Made by a program: the position numbers and the translations under genes. Shown one piece after another: positions 32,657-42,895 of a stretch of DNA of 64,000 bases. Numbering within the stretch: the first letter of the stretch is position 1; every line of letters starts with the position of its first letter. This stretch comes from Naegleria gruberi (lineage: Eukaryota), in NCBI GenBank assembly GCA_000004985.1, contig GG738884.1; one strand, 5' to 3'. Below the pieces are notes generated by a model. That model saw only the letters and a list, made by a program, of their open reading frames with translations. It made no database searches and had not been told where the DNA came from.

Positions 32657-32717
32657 TTTTTTTAATGTTCTTTGTGTCACTTTACAAAGTAATATGAATG
32701 TGACGTCTATCATTTTA

Positions 32718-34310
32718 TTAATACTTCAACTGTCTGCCAAGCTTGAAGAATTGCACATTGTTTGATGATGAGAATATTTGGTTATAGATGTGATTGAGAT
32801 CTGATTCATTGAAGAACATCATTTGTTGACTAAACTTTGGTATGATATTTCTAATAAAATCCTCATCACTGACATTTCTCAACATACTTCTCTCCTTCTT
32901 CAATTGATCAACAATATTTTGGAGTACATTGACTGGTCTAGAGCACATATAATGAGGTGTTCTTTGTTCATTCTTAACAGCAAGCAACTCTTTTGTAATT
33001 TTCAACTCTTGACGATACAAAAATCCAGCAATTTTCTTTGCATCTGGAACAGCACTCCCATTTGCCCATTCAATGAACAACTTGAAGAAATCGTACAAAG
33101 TTTGATAACCAACCACTTGCTGAGTAATATAGAATGGAATGCTAATACCTTGTGCTCCTTTATAGGCACCAACCATTGCACCCACCATTGAGGCTACTGT
33201 ATCAGTATCTCCACCTGAAAAGTTAAAGTTTGAAAAATTAAATAATTGACTCAACTTACCAATATCAATAGCCTTCTTTAGTATTGTTAAAAGTTCTTCA
33301 TCCTTGTGAATAATAGAATGGAATAGAGCAGTGGTACAACTGGCAACTGCAAATCCATCACTTGGTCCATTGAGCTTATTGTCTTTGGTTACTAATGGAG
33401 CATATTCAACAACTTTAGTCTTGACAATTTTCATGTATTCATCTGGAGAGTTGAATTTTCTCTTTTGAATTTCTTTCAAGATGCTTTCAATAATAAATGA
33501 ATATTGACCCAATTCACCATCTTTAAATCCATTTCTTGAAAGATACTTTTCGAATAAAGAAGTTTCTGATAAAACTGCACTGATAATATCCAAAGAAGAA
33601 AGCTTCAAAAGAGAACCGCTCATCCATTGGTACATTAGCCATGCAATAGAATAGGCAGGAATGATTCCCAAAACTGAACGGTGAGTCAACTTGGCATTTG
33701 CAATCACTTCTTCTCTCAATCTACCAATTCTTTCATGAGGAGGATAACGAAAAACAGAAATGACACATGGCCAAACTCTCATGGCAACACCATTACCAGC
33801 TGTATCTTTTGAAATATCGTTGGTGCAATTTTCGTTTAGTTGAGCAACGCTTCCTCTAAAGTTTCTTCCAGTTCCTCTAAAACCACCAAATTGATAATCA
33901 GCTAGAGGAAATCCAGCCCAATCAAACCACTTTTGAGAAGAAAGAAACTTCCAAAGACTTTTGATGTAAACATCATTCAAATTTCCATCACTATGATCAA
34001 AAATTGATAGTAGATGAAATTTTCAAAGAACAACTTACACCAAATATGATTCAATAATAGAAATAGCCATTTGGGTATCATCAGTATAAATTAAACCTAA
34101 ATGACACAAGTGATCATTAATAGTATTATTAGATTTAGACCAAATTCGTTGAATTTCTTCTGGTTTCTTATTTTCGAAAGGTGATCCAATGGCATCTCCG
34201 ATCGTTGCACCAACAGCACAACTAACCATCGCCTTCTGCACATTATTTCTACTGAATGAAAACAATGGTATCTCCTGTTTGGTGACTTGTTTTTGAAATG
34301 AAATTGACAT
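32718..34310 (-). CDS. ADP-ribosylglycohydrolase (ARH family, PF03747-like). Three exons: 34039..34310, 33260..33990, 32718..33214.
   Basis: The N-terminal motif is AMVSCAVGATIGDAIGSPFE (GDAxGxPxE) with TDDTQM. The C-terminal motif IDIG|GDTDTVASMVGAMVGAYKG (GGDTDT) is restored by removing an in-frame 45-nt GTAAGT...TTTTCAG intron that the long ORF reads through. The first intron is 48 nt (GTAAGT...CATAG). The real ATG is at 34310. Confidence 0.7.
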
Positions 34311-34398
34311 TTTTTTTAAACTTCTTTTCACGTTTTCCAATTCACAATTGCAAAAATAAGTTTCTTGACGAGTATTCAGCGGTCACGTTTGTGTGTTG

Positions 34399-35379
34399 AT
34401 GAGAATTAACCCATCAATTAAAAATTCTAATACTCTAATCTTCATGTCATACTTTGCAAAAACAGATTTGTCACATCTCTTATCTTCCTCTCTTCTGTCT
34501 TCTGGAGGACCAACCGAAAGGAAAAGAATTCCAGAGAAGCGTAGGCACTCCTGCGATTATGAGCATGCTGGATTTTGCAAAACTGATTGTCCTTCAAAAC
34601 ATTCTTCAAAAGGAATAATCTGCAGAAATTCATTGATTGGAGGATGTTCAGATAATAAGTGTCGTTACCAACATCCACATCCAAGGAGAGTTGAGAAAAC
34701 TCTCCAAAGCATCTATGTTAACAAGGGTCTTGATTCAGATGATGATCAGAAAAAGTTCCTCAAGAGGCACGTTGTTAAATGTCCAATTCATATGGCAAAG
34801 GATGTTTGCTCTGATCCTTTGTGCAATGATTCAAAGTGTAACAAGCAACATTTTGTTGATACAAGTGTTACTGGAATACAAGCTTTTGACTTGCAAAAAA
34901 CATTGAACGGGAATACATCAAAACTTGTGGATTGTCCTCCTTCCAGTTTCGAATATGAATTGCTCATCAGTACATGGAAGGAAAAGAGAGGTCAGAGTCA
35001 AATTGTCAAAGTTGAGAAGGTGATCAATCCTTCATTGGAAGCTGTCATTGAAAGGAGAAAGGCAGAGTTATTGCAACAATGGCAAGAAATTGATTTCCTT
35101 TTCCATGGAACCTCAGAAGCAACCATTCAATTGATCCTTGCCAATGGTTTTGATGCTACAAAGAACACAAGGGCTGCTTGGGGGCCTGGAATTTACTTTG
35201 CATTCGATCCAAACACTGCAATTGGGTATTCCAATGAGAAGGGAAGTAAAAAGCTGATTGTGTGCAAGGCCTTCCTTGCAAAAGATGCTTCAGATCACAA
35301 ATTTGTTGCTCAAAATACTTGGTTTGTTGTTCAGAATACCAGTGGTCTGCAACCAATGTATGTTCTCACTTTGGCCTAA
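34399..35379 (+). CDS. CCCH zinc-finger PARP-like mono-ADP-ribosyltransferase (H-Y-T; catalytic Glu replaced). Transcribed divergently from the ARH gene.
   Basis: Two to three CCCH fingers (CDYEHAGFCKTDCPSKH; CRNSLIGGCSDNKCRYQH; CPIHMAKDVCSDPLCNDSKCNKQH). Then FLFHGTSEATIQLILANGF (His), GPGIYFAFDPNTAIGYS (Tyr) and QNTWFVVQN (Glu replaced by Thr). Confidence 0.65.
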   Translation: MRINPSIKNSNTLIFMSYFAKTDLSHLLSSSLLSSGGPTERKRIPEKRRHSCDYEHAGFCKTDCPSKHSSKGIICRNSLIGGCSDNKCRYQHPHPRRVEKTLQSIYVNKGLDSDDDQKKFLKRHVVKCPIHMAKDVCSDPLCNDSKCNKQHFVDTSVTGIQAFDLQKTLNGNTSKLVDCPPSSFEYELLISTWKEKRGQSQIVKVEKVINPSLEAVIERRKAELLQQWQEIDFLFHGTSEATIQLILANGFDATKNTRAAWGPGIYFAFDPNTAIGYSNEKGSKKLIVCKAFLAKDASDHKFVAQNTWFVVQNTSGLQPMYVLTLA

Positions 35380-35449
35380 TCATCACGTTTGAGCGCTAAT
35401 AAATGTCATTCCAATCTTTCATTTGACTTTGACAGGACCATAAAAAAAA

Positions 35450-36361
35450 ATGGAACAAGAAATTCTTGGTGCTCTTGCTCAATTTCGTAACAAGAATCAC
35501 ACGTTTGATGAAGGTTATGTGGCAGCAATACAGTTGTTGACTCATTCCTACACTTTCACCCAATTGAATACCATTAAAAAAGATATTCAACAACGCGAGT
35601 TGAGAAACACAAAAGATTTCTTTAAAGAGTTGGCTGGATCTTACTCCAAAAATTCTGAAGGAATGACCAAGGAAGAATATTTGCAAGAATCTATTAGAAA
35701 TCTTTCTGGATTTTCTTTTGCTGATATGATCAACCTGAGCAAGGAGGAATTCTATAAAGCACTAGAAAGTAGAAAAGGCCCAAAACGTGTGGTAAGCGCT
35801 TCTACCACTCCATTGGATTCTGATAGTAGTGACGATGAAAGTCCAAAACCATCTTCCTCATCAGGCAAGAGATCATATTCATATGATCATCTATTCTCTA
35901 GACACGATTTGAGCTCCAAGTTAGATATCAGACCCAAATGCAAATATGGAAATACTTGTAATCAGTTATATGATGAAAAGCATATGAAGGAATTCTCACA
36001 TCCATTCCTACCTCCATGTTGTTTCAAAAACTCTTGCTCTGAATATGGTGATGAAGCTCACAAGTTTTCACATCCCTGTAGATATGGCTCTCAATGTAGA
36101 GAATTGAAAGATCCACATCACACCCAATACTATTCTCATGCAGAGAGAAAGGTTTGTGAACATGACAAGGAATGTCTTTGTATTCATGATAGAGATCACA
36201 TGCTTAGAGTTAAGCACACTGGTGCATTGGATTTCAGGCATGAGTGTAAGTATGGGTTATTATGCAAAGATGACTCAAGAGAACACCATTTGAAATATGC
36301 CCATCCCTCAACTTTAGGTATTCCAACAAACTTTTACGGTACGTTGAGAAATCTTATTTGA
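35450..36361 (+). CDS. PBZ (PAR-binding C2H2-type zinc finger) protein with 3 canonical and 2 degenerate PBZ motifs.
   Basis: CKYGNTCNQLYDEKHMKEFSHP, CRYGSQCRELKDPHHTQYYSHA and CKYGLLCKDDSREHHLKYAHP fit C-x5-C-x6/7-H-x5-H with the conserved Y/F-G, as in APLF and CHFR PBZ. The N-terminal half is helical and acidic with an SDSSDDESP stretch. Confidence 0.65.
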   Translation: MEQEILGALAQFRNKNHTFDEGYVAAIQLLTHSYTFTQLNTIKKDIQQRELRNTKDFFKELAGSYSKNSEGMTKEEYLQESIRNLSGFSFADMINLSKEEFYKALESRKGPKRVVSASTTPLDSDSSDDESPKPSSSSGKRSYSYDHLFSRHDLSSKLDIRPKCKYGNTCNQLYDEKHMKEFSHPFLPPCCFKNSCSEYGDEAHKFSHPCRYGSQCRELKDPHHTQYYSHAERKVCEHDKECLCIHDRDHMLRVKHTGALDFRHECKYGLLCKDDSREHHLKYAHPSTLGIPTNFYGTLRNLI

Positions 36362-36480
36362 AATTAATCCTTTGTTAATTAGATATCAATCAAGATATAG
36401 ACTTTGATGCCAATGTTGTAGCTCTTTCCAGTTCTATTAGCAATTATTCAATCAATACTGGAGACCTAGCATTGATAAAC

Positions 36481-37989
36481 ATGTTATCAAAAATTGACTC
36501 TGGAGATCGTAGTGTAGATTTCATATATGAGTATGTTAATAGAATTAGCCCACAACACAGATGTAAAGAACCAATATTAAAACTCATTCTATCGCATGGC
36601 ACTTTACTATCAAGAGTTTTCCAAAAGAAAATGACAAGCTCACCAAAGGAAGCATGCATGGAGCTTGTTTTTACAAGTCCTTTAATTACACAATCCATCA
36701 TGCATGAAAGACTCACATTATCCAATGATGTTAAAAAGTGGATTGTGGAATTGTTGAACTTTCAGATAGACCAACGTGACAATAAGAATCCTAAATCTGT
36801 GACTTGCAAATTAAAATTAAGCAAAAAATGCCAGCAGGAGGTAGAAGGTGTGATTAAGGACATTGTTCGTGCCGTCTTTTCACACACAGTTACTGGTATT
36901 GGTTGCCCATTGGATTTAGCTGTGAAAACAGACCAACAGGTTTTTTCAATTGTTGGTATTAATAAGGCAGATTATTATGGTGATATTCTTTTCATACTTA
37001 ATAGGAAAATCATGTTCCATCCAGATTTTAACATGAGTTTGGAAGCTGCCACTCATTATGTGGATCGCCCTGGAGAAGCTTCAAAGACAAACAAGTGGAG
37101 AATCCCTCCTGGAAATAATTCAAACAGTAATTATGAGAATGCCAAATTGCACCCAGCTGCCAAAAACTTTCACAAATTATTAGCTAAGGATATGGCAGTA
37201 TATCATTTCAAATTATTTGGTTCTTTGCCTAAATCTGTTGATGATTTGGTAAATACCTCACTCCATGAAGATCCACACAATGTATACGAAGGTCATTTAC
37301 CTCCAATAGTCCCAGTATCTTATATTTCCCACGTTATTATGCCAAAAAAGGTATTTGATAACCTGTCTGATGCAGAAAAAAAAGTACTCAAAGTTGTCAT
37401 TTTGAAAAACAAAGCAGATAGATTAATATTCAAGGACTCTGGGCATCATCACCTTATCAAATCCCAACAATTATGGGATTGCAAGAAGCACAAATTGACT
37501 GAAATGTATTTAGGAAGATTATTGTCCTTCTCTATCATGTATCAATATGGAAAGTTCAGTATGTTGCCTCAATTAGCTCTTCATTCATCAACAAAAACAG
37601 TTATTGAACTGTGCATCAGAGGAAAGGATATTGGTATATGTCTTTCACCAACCAAGAAGGCAGATAGATCCAATTCCCTATTCATCATCATCAACAAGGT
37701 TTTCTTTTGGAAATCCAACAAGACTCCATCAACAATAATTACTGACGGCAAGAAGGAGTTGAAAAAGGTCAAGGAATTCATCCTGGGTGATATCTTTATG
37801 GAAAGATATATTTACTATACCATCACCTATAAACCTGGTAAAAAGTTGAGAGTGGAGGTGAGTGAGAAGAATAGTAATGATATTGAGAGGAAATCGTGCG
37901 AGGTTAACATCTCCCATAGTAATTTAAAGAACATACTATTCTCTAATTGGAGTTCTCTAGTAGAAGTTAAATATATTTCAATTAAATAA
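36481..37989 (+). CDS. Hypothetical protein of 502 aa, adjacent to the PBZ gene.
   Basis: Long clean ORF, real ATG at 36481. No recognisable motifs. Mixed alpha/beta composition with an HHH tract. Confidence 0.4.
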   Translation: MLSKIDSGDRSVDFIYEYVNRISPQHRCKEPILKLILSHGTLLSRVFQKKMTSSPKEACMELVFTSPLITQSIMHERLTLSNDVKKWIVELLNFQIDQRDNKNPKSVTCKLKLSKKCQQEVEGVIKDIVRAVFSHTVTGIGCPLDLAVKTDQQVFSIVGINKADYYGDILFILNRKIMFHPDFNMSLEAATHYVDRPGEASKTNKWRIPPGNNSNSNYENAKLHPAAKNFHKLLAKDMAVYHFKLFGSLPKSVDDLVNTSLHEDPHNVYEGHLPPIVPVSYISHVIMPKKVFDNLSDAEKKVLKVVILKNKADRLIFKDSGHHHLIKSQQLWDCKKHKLTEMYLGRLLSFSIMYQYGKFSMLPQLALHSSTKTVIELCIRGKDIGICLSPTKKADRSNSLFIIINKVFFWKSNKTPSTIITDGKKELKKVKEFILGDIFMERYIYYTITYKPGKKLRVEVSEKNSNDIERKSCEVNISHSNLKNILFSNWSSLVEVKYISIK

Positions 37990-38308
37990 TATTAGTCTCT
38001 ACCATTTGATACATGTATTTTCTTCGAGATGTGATTTTAATATTTTTATTTAAATTTAACGTTAAAATTAGCGGGTAAAAATTCTTTTGCTGTGTTGGCA
38101 AGTAATTCCCTTCAATTATTTGTTCTTCAATAATCATGACAATTAAGTTTGAGAGTGTATTCCGCTCTAAAAAACAATCAAGAAGACATTATTCCTCTCC
38201 ATCACACATTACCTCCAAAACTTTAAATAACTCACCGTTACAATTTCAATTAAAATTATTAAAAAAAATTTTAAAAGTTTTGTGTGTTTTGTGGTAAAGA
38301 GAAAGAAC

Positions 38309-40405
38309 ATGAATATTATTTCCTCTAAAAAGGCATCACAAAGTAAAACAACCAACTCCACTCCCAATAAGAATGCTCAAAATTCCTCTCTACAATCAAC
38401 TCCTAACAAATCTTCATCATTAATTAAATCTAATTCTAACCAACAATGTTCATTTCAAACACCAACTAAAAGTAGTACTACTCTCCGAACACCATCATCA
38501 ATAGCATCATCATCCTCTCTAAAATCGTCCATTGTTTCCTCCTCGTCATCATCAACTGATGTTTATCAGGTAGCAAAGAATGCAGCCCTCTCATCCAATG
38601 AGAGAAATACAGAGCAATGTCTACGAGCCATCAAGTATTTTGCAGAGGGAAAGTTTGAATTGGCTCTGGGTCAGATTAGTTTGCAAACAACCAAGTCATT
38701 TCTCTCCAAATTGGTTTCGTATAAATGTTTCTATCACATGAGTGAAATTGAGAAGGCACTGCTTGTTTTGAAAAATCTGTACAATGATACAACCACTCTG
38801 ACTGAGAGAGGTGAGGAGGATGTGATTGGTAGTGTTCAGATCAGTATCATGTTTGCCCAAATTGTTCTCTTCAAACTCATTCCAAAACGATTGACATTCA
38901 AGTGTTTATTGGCTGAGGAGAGTGAAATTCTTGAGAGTGGGGAATCTATTAGTTCTGATTTGGATATAATTAAGGAATATTTGAGAAAAATTGTAAATAT
39001 GTTGGATAAAGCAAGGGAAGATTTGAAGAAATTAGAGAATGAATGGATTAATTTTGATAGAGAGGAGGCACCTTTCGATTTGACATCAATTATCAATCAA
39101 TTGAAGTGGTTTATTATGTTTTACAAGGGTGTGGCCCATTTTAGAACCTACGAGTATGTATACACTAAGAATGATTATGAGGAGTGGAAGAAAATTTTGG
39201 AAACGCTTTCGAAAAAGGGCCAATTTCTGCATGTAGACTTTTTTTACATGCGCTCACACTTATCATTCATGGAGGGTGAATTAGAGAAGGCACTATTTTA
39301 TTTAAATAAGGCAGAAAGATCAGAGGAGCATTGTAAAAAAACAATTAAGGAACATGTGGGTGGTGTCAATGCAACAGATGCCATGTGGATACTTGATGAC
39401 AGTGCTCTTTCTTTTGACGTATTTGACATGATTCAGGATTTAAAATCCAAAATTACATTTTCACAATATCTGGAAAAGAGAATGGTCTTAAGAGAGGTGT
39501 CAGAAAAGAAGGAATTGGAACGTCTCATTAGAGAAATCAGATCAGTTAGTATTAAGAGAAGACAACACAATGCTTCACTCGCTGAGAGAACTAAACAATT
39601 TGATGGATTCTTGGGTACATTAGCCCAGACCATGTTTAAGAACTTTGATTGTTCTATCATTGAGAAATTCAGAATTTATGGTCAGTATAGATATGTGGTT
39701 CATTTAGCCAAGAGTTTACTCAATTCTGACAAGCCATTATCACATTCTATGAAGATCGCCTGCGTACATTATCTAGTTGAAGCTCTGTACTATCTGAAGA
39801 GGTTTAGTGAGTGCGTTTCAACCTATTCTATACATTCGGATTTATTCAAAAATATTGATTCGAGTCAGGAACATAGATTACTCAAAGTCAATTACTTTGT
39901 TGTAGATAGTACCATTACAATTAACTTGGAGGGTGGCTCTCTAACCTGGACCATTCAGGAATCAGAAGCACTCATCAAGCAAAATTTGAAAATTACCAAA
40001 GAAGTTCGACAATTATATCTAGCTCTCAGATTTTACAAATTTCTTGGACGTGAATCAGCAGCCACATTATTGAAACATCTATTCACCTCCATTCAGAAGG
40101 ATTCTTCGATTACTTATTCAGAATTTTTCACTGTAGTCGAACAGTATAGTTCCAGAAATTTCACCATCAAGATTGGCACGAGCAAATCCCTAATAGCTAC
40201 ACCAAACAAGACCAACGAAGCTACTCCTCAGAAGAGTGCAACTCCATCAGCTGTTGATGACTTGGTTACCTATTCAAATTTTGAAGACTTTTCCCCACTT
40301 CGTTTACAAAGCAAAATGAAGAAACAGAATCAAGCACTTGAGGAATTGAAGAGAAAACGAGAAGCTCAACAATCATCTTCAACAAAAAAGACAAAAACAG
40401 AATAA
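38309..40405 (+). CDS. Hypothetical helical-repeat protein of about 700 aa with an N-terminal Ser/Thr-rich tract.
   Basis: Real ATG at 38309. A 54-codon upstream ORF (38136..38297) precedes it. No confident domain call was made. Confidence 0.4.
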   Translation: MNIISSKKASQSKTTNSTPNKNAQNSSLQSTPNKSSSLIKSNSNQQCSFQTPTKSSTTLRTPSSIASSSSLKSSIVSSSSSSTDVYQVAKNAALSSNERNTEQCLRAIKYFAEGKFELALGQISLQTTKSFLSKLVSYKCFYHMSEIEKALLVLKNLYNDTTTLTERGEEDVIGSVQISIMFAQIVLFKLIPKRLTFKCLLAEESEILESGESISSDLDIIKEYLRKIVNMLDKAREDLKKLENEWINFDREEAPFDLTSIINQLKWFIMFYKGVAHFRTYEYVYTKNDYEEWKKILETLSKKGQFLHVDFFYMRSHLSFMEGELEKALFYLNKAERSEEHCKKTIKEHVGGVNATDAMWILDDSALSFDVFDMIQDLKSKITFSQYLEKRMVLREVSEKKELERLIREIRSVSIKRRQHNASLAERTKQFDGFLGTLAQTMFKNFDCSIIEKFRIYGQYRYVVHLAKSLLNSDKPLSHSMKIACVHYLVEALYYLKRFSECVSTYSIHSDLFKNIDSSQEHRLLKVNYFVVDSTITINLEGGSLTWTIQESEALIKQNLKITKEVRQLYLALRFYKFLGRESAATLLKHLFTSIQKDSSITYSEFFTVVEQYSSRNFTIKIGTSKSLIATPNKTNEATPQKSATPSAVDDLVTYSNFEDFSPLRLQSKMKKQNQALEELKRKREAQQSSSTKKTKTE

Positions 40406-40571
40406 ATTTCTAAGTAGAATCTCTCTTGTCATTCTTTGAATTTTAACCTTCATCAATGCATTCTCAAACTTTACAATTTCTCCTTGGGAGAACTCATGAG
40501 TATCAAGTTCATCACACAACAAAATTATTTTTAATTTAAAAAAAAATTGATCAACTCTTAGCAGTCATACA

Positions 40572-42560
40572 ATGGAACCATTCGATGATATTGTAACACC
40601 AACTAAAATGGAGGCACCGATCGACGATTTTACATCTGATCAAACACCACAAACACCGGGAAGTGCTATTGATTTTGGAGCCTTGAGTGGATTGGAAGTT
40701 GATGTGGCTGAGATTGAAAATCCAGATGCTGTTCAAGAAAAATTAGCCTCTCTCTACAATGTAGAGGAGTGCTCTGATATTGTATTTATAGTTAGGAATA
40801 GAAGATTTTTTGCTATCAAGGCTCTTGTGTGTGGTTGGAGTCCAGTTTTCAAGTCAATGCTATGTGGAGAGTTCATTGAATCAAGTTTAAGAGAAGTTCC
40901 TTTGGATGATGTTGAAGAAACTAGTATGGAAATGTTTTTGAAGGTTATTTATTCTGGAAAGACTGGTCCATATCCAATTCATAATTTTGTTGATCTATAT
41001 GCATTTGCTAATAGATTTGAAGTTCCAGAAATTGAAAAACTCTGTCTCACTGCATTACAAGAACAAAATTTGGCCAAACACTTATTCCCATTGATTGATG
41101 CTTGTGAAAAGTATATTGATCTCGAAGAAATTGAAAAGATTAGAACCGAAGTTGTAGCCAAAATTTGTTGTGAATTTGATGAAGTTTGTTCTAGACCTGA
41201 CTTTGTGAATATGCGTATTGATTACTTGTTGAGATTCTTAAAATCTGGAATTATTGTCATTCCAGAAGATGTTTTATTCAATTCTTTAATGCGTTGGATT
41301 GTACACGATAAGGAGCAAAGAATTCAATACTTGGATGAATTATTGTCCTTTATTAGATTCCCAATGATGGAATCTGTTGCATTGACAGAAATAGAAAACC
41401 ATCCTCTTCTCCAAGATAAGATGGATGAAATGAAATCCATTATTTACGAAGCAATGAAATTCCAATTGAACAAGGATGCCATTCCAGAAGAAAGAAGAGT
41501 TCATGAAAACTTTAAAGAAAGAGAAGGCCCACCAGAGGAAGATGGACATTCCTACAAGTACAAGAAGGTCTTTACTTTGACATCTCTTGGTTGTACAGGA
41601 AGCGTCAAACCAACAAGTATTGGAACTCATTATGACAAGCATCTTTCCAAAGTAATTACTCTCAAGAATGGTATTCAAGAATGGAAAGTTCATGCTAGTG
41701 GAAAATATAGAATAACTGCAGTTGGTGCATCTGGAGGAATCAACCCACATACCACCAATACTAAGGGTGGTAAGGGAGCCAAAGTGAGTGGAATTTTCAA
41801 ACTCAAGAGAGGTCAACTTATCCAAGTATTAGTTGGTCAAAAAGGAGGTAAGTTGAACTATTTAATAATAATCGGTCTAAACAATTGTTAAGAGGATGCC
41901 ACAGGTAGTACTGGCGGTGGAGCTGCAGGAGGTAAGTTGTTCATTATTTGAATGAGGATGTTAATTAACAATTTTCAGGTGGTGGAGGTACATTTGTAGT
42001 GGATGGAGAATTGCAACAACCATTGATAATTGGAGCTGGAGGTAGCGGGGCAAATTGGTATTCATTTACCATCGATGGACCTGGTGGTCAATTATACGAT
42101 CCTTCAATTGAATCAACCAAGTCGGTTGAAGCTTATGCAGAAAGAGGAGGTGGCGGCGGTGGATTTTATATTAAGGGTGCTAATGGTTCATCTTGCACTG
42201 GTGGTGCCAGCTTTTTAGAAGGTGGGTCTGGAGGTACTAACTCAACTAGTACTTATGGAGCTAAAGGTAAGTAACACAAGAAATTTGATTGAATTGATTT
42301 ATTCTCTTAAAGGTGGATTTGGTGGAGGTGGTGGTTCTGAGCACGAAGGTGGTGGTAAGTAATTTTTTTATTATCCTATTGAATTATTAACTTTTCAAGG
42401 TGGTGGAGGTTATGTTGGAGGCAAGTCACTCAAATCTAATGAATATAACACTTCTCGTCCTGATTATGGTGCCTATTCTTTCAATTCTGGTTTAAAGCCA
42501 GAAGGTGAACCAGCTTGTCACGTTGGTGATGGTTATGTTGAATTTGCCAGAGTTTTCTAA
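40572..42560 (+). CDS. BTB/POZ-BACK protein with a C-terminal ALK/LTK-type glycine-rich domain; paralogue 2. Five exons: 40572..41847, 41893..41931, 41979..42266, 42313..42354, 42400..42560.
   Basis: BTB: DIVFIVRNRRFFAIKALVCGWSPVFKSMLCGEF. GRD: ITAVGASGGINPHTTNTKGGKGAKVSGIFKLKRGQLIQVLVGQKG | EDATGSTGGGAAG | GGGTFVVDGELQQPLIIGAGGSGANWY...GGGGGGFYIKGANGSSCTGGASFLEGGSGG | GGFGGGGGSEHEGG | GGGGYVGG...GDGYVEFARVF. All four introns are 45-47 nt, GTAAGT donors, phase 1 within GG(T/A) Gly codons. Confidence 0.7.
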
Positions 42561-42895
42561 AATTGTAAAAAGAATTGTAAAATAAATATTCTCTGCATTA
42601 CACCAAAGATAACATAATTGTTCCTTCTTTACCAAAATGAGATAATAGATTATTTGAGTAATTCACTGAATATTGACAATAAACTGAAAATTCTTGATTC
42701 AATACAAATACACCCTTCTATACTTTTCTATCCTCAATACATTTTTCCTCCTCCCCTCCATCTCGACAAGTCAAATAATAATAATATTTATTATTTAGTT
42801 TTCAATAAGGTGGAACACTGATCTCTCCTTCCTTATCTCATCAAAAAACTCTAAAAAACCGACAAAAAAAACAATTCAAGAAAAAATCTAAAAAA

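Noticed and set aside
41990-42430. ggtggtgg(a/c)ggt repeats as a microsatellite or G-quadruplex-prone repeat
   Set aside because: They are the Gly codons of the glycine-rich domain exons, in frame and interrupted by canonical introns. This is coding, not a simple repeat.
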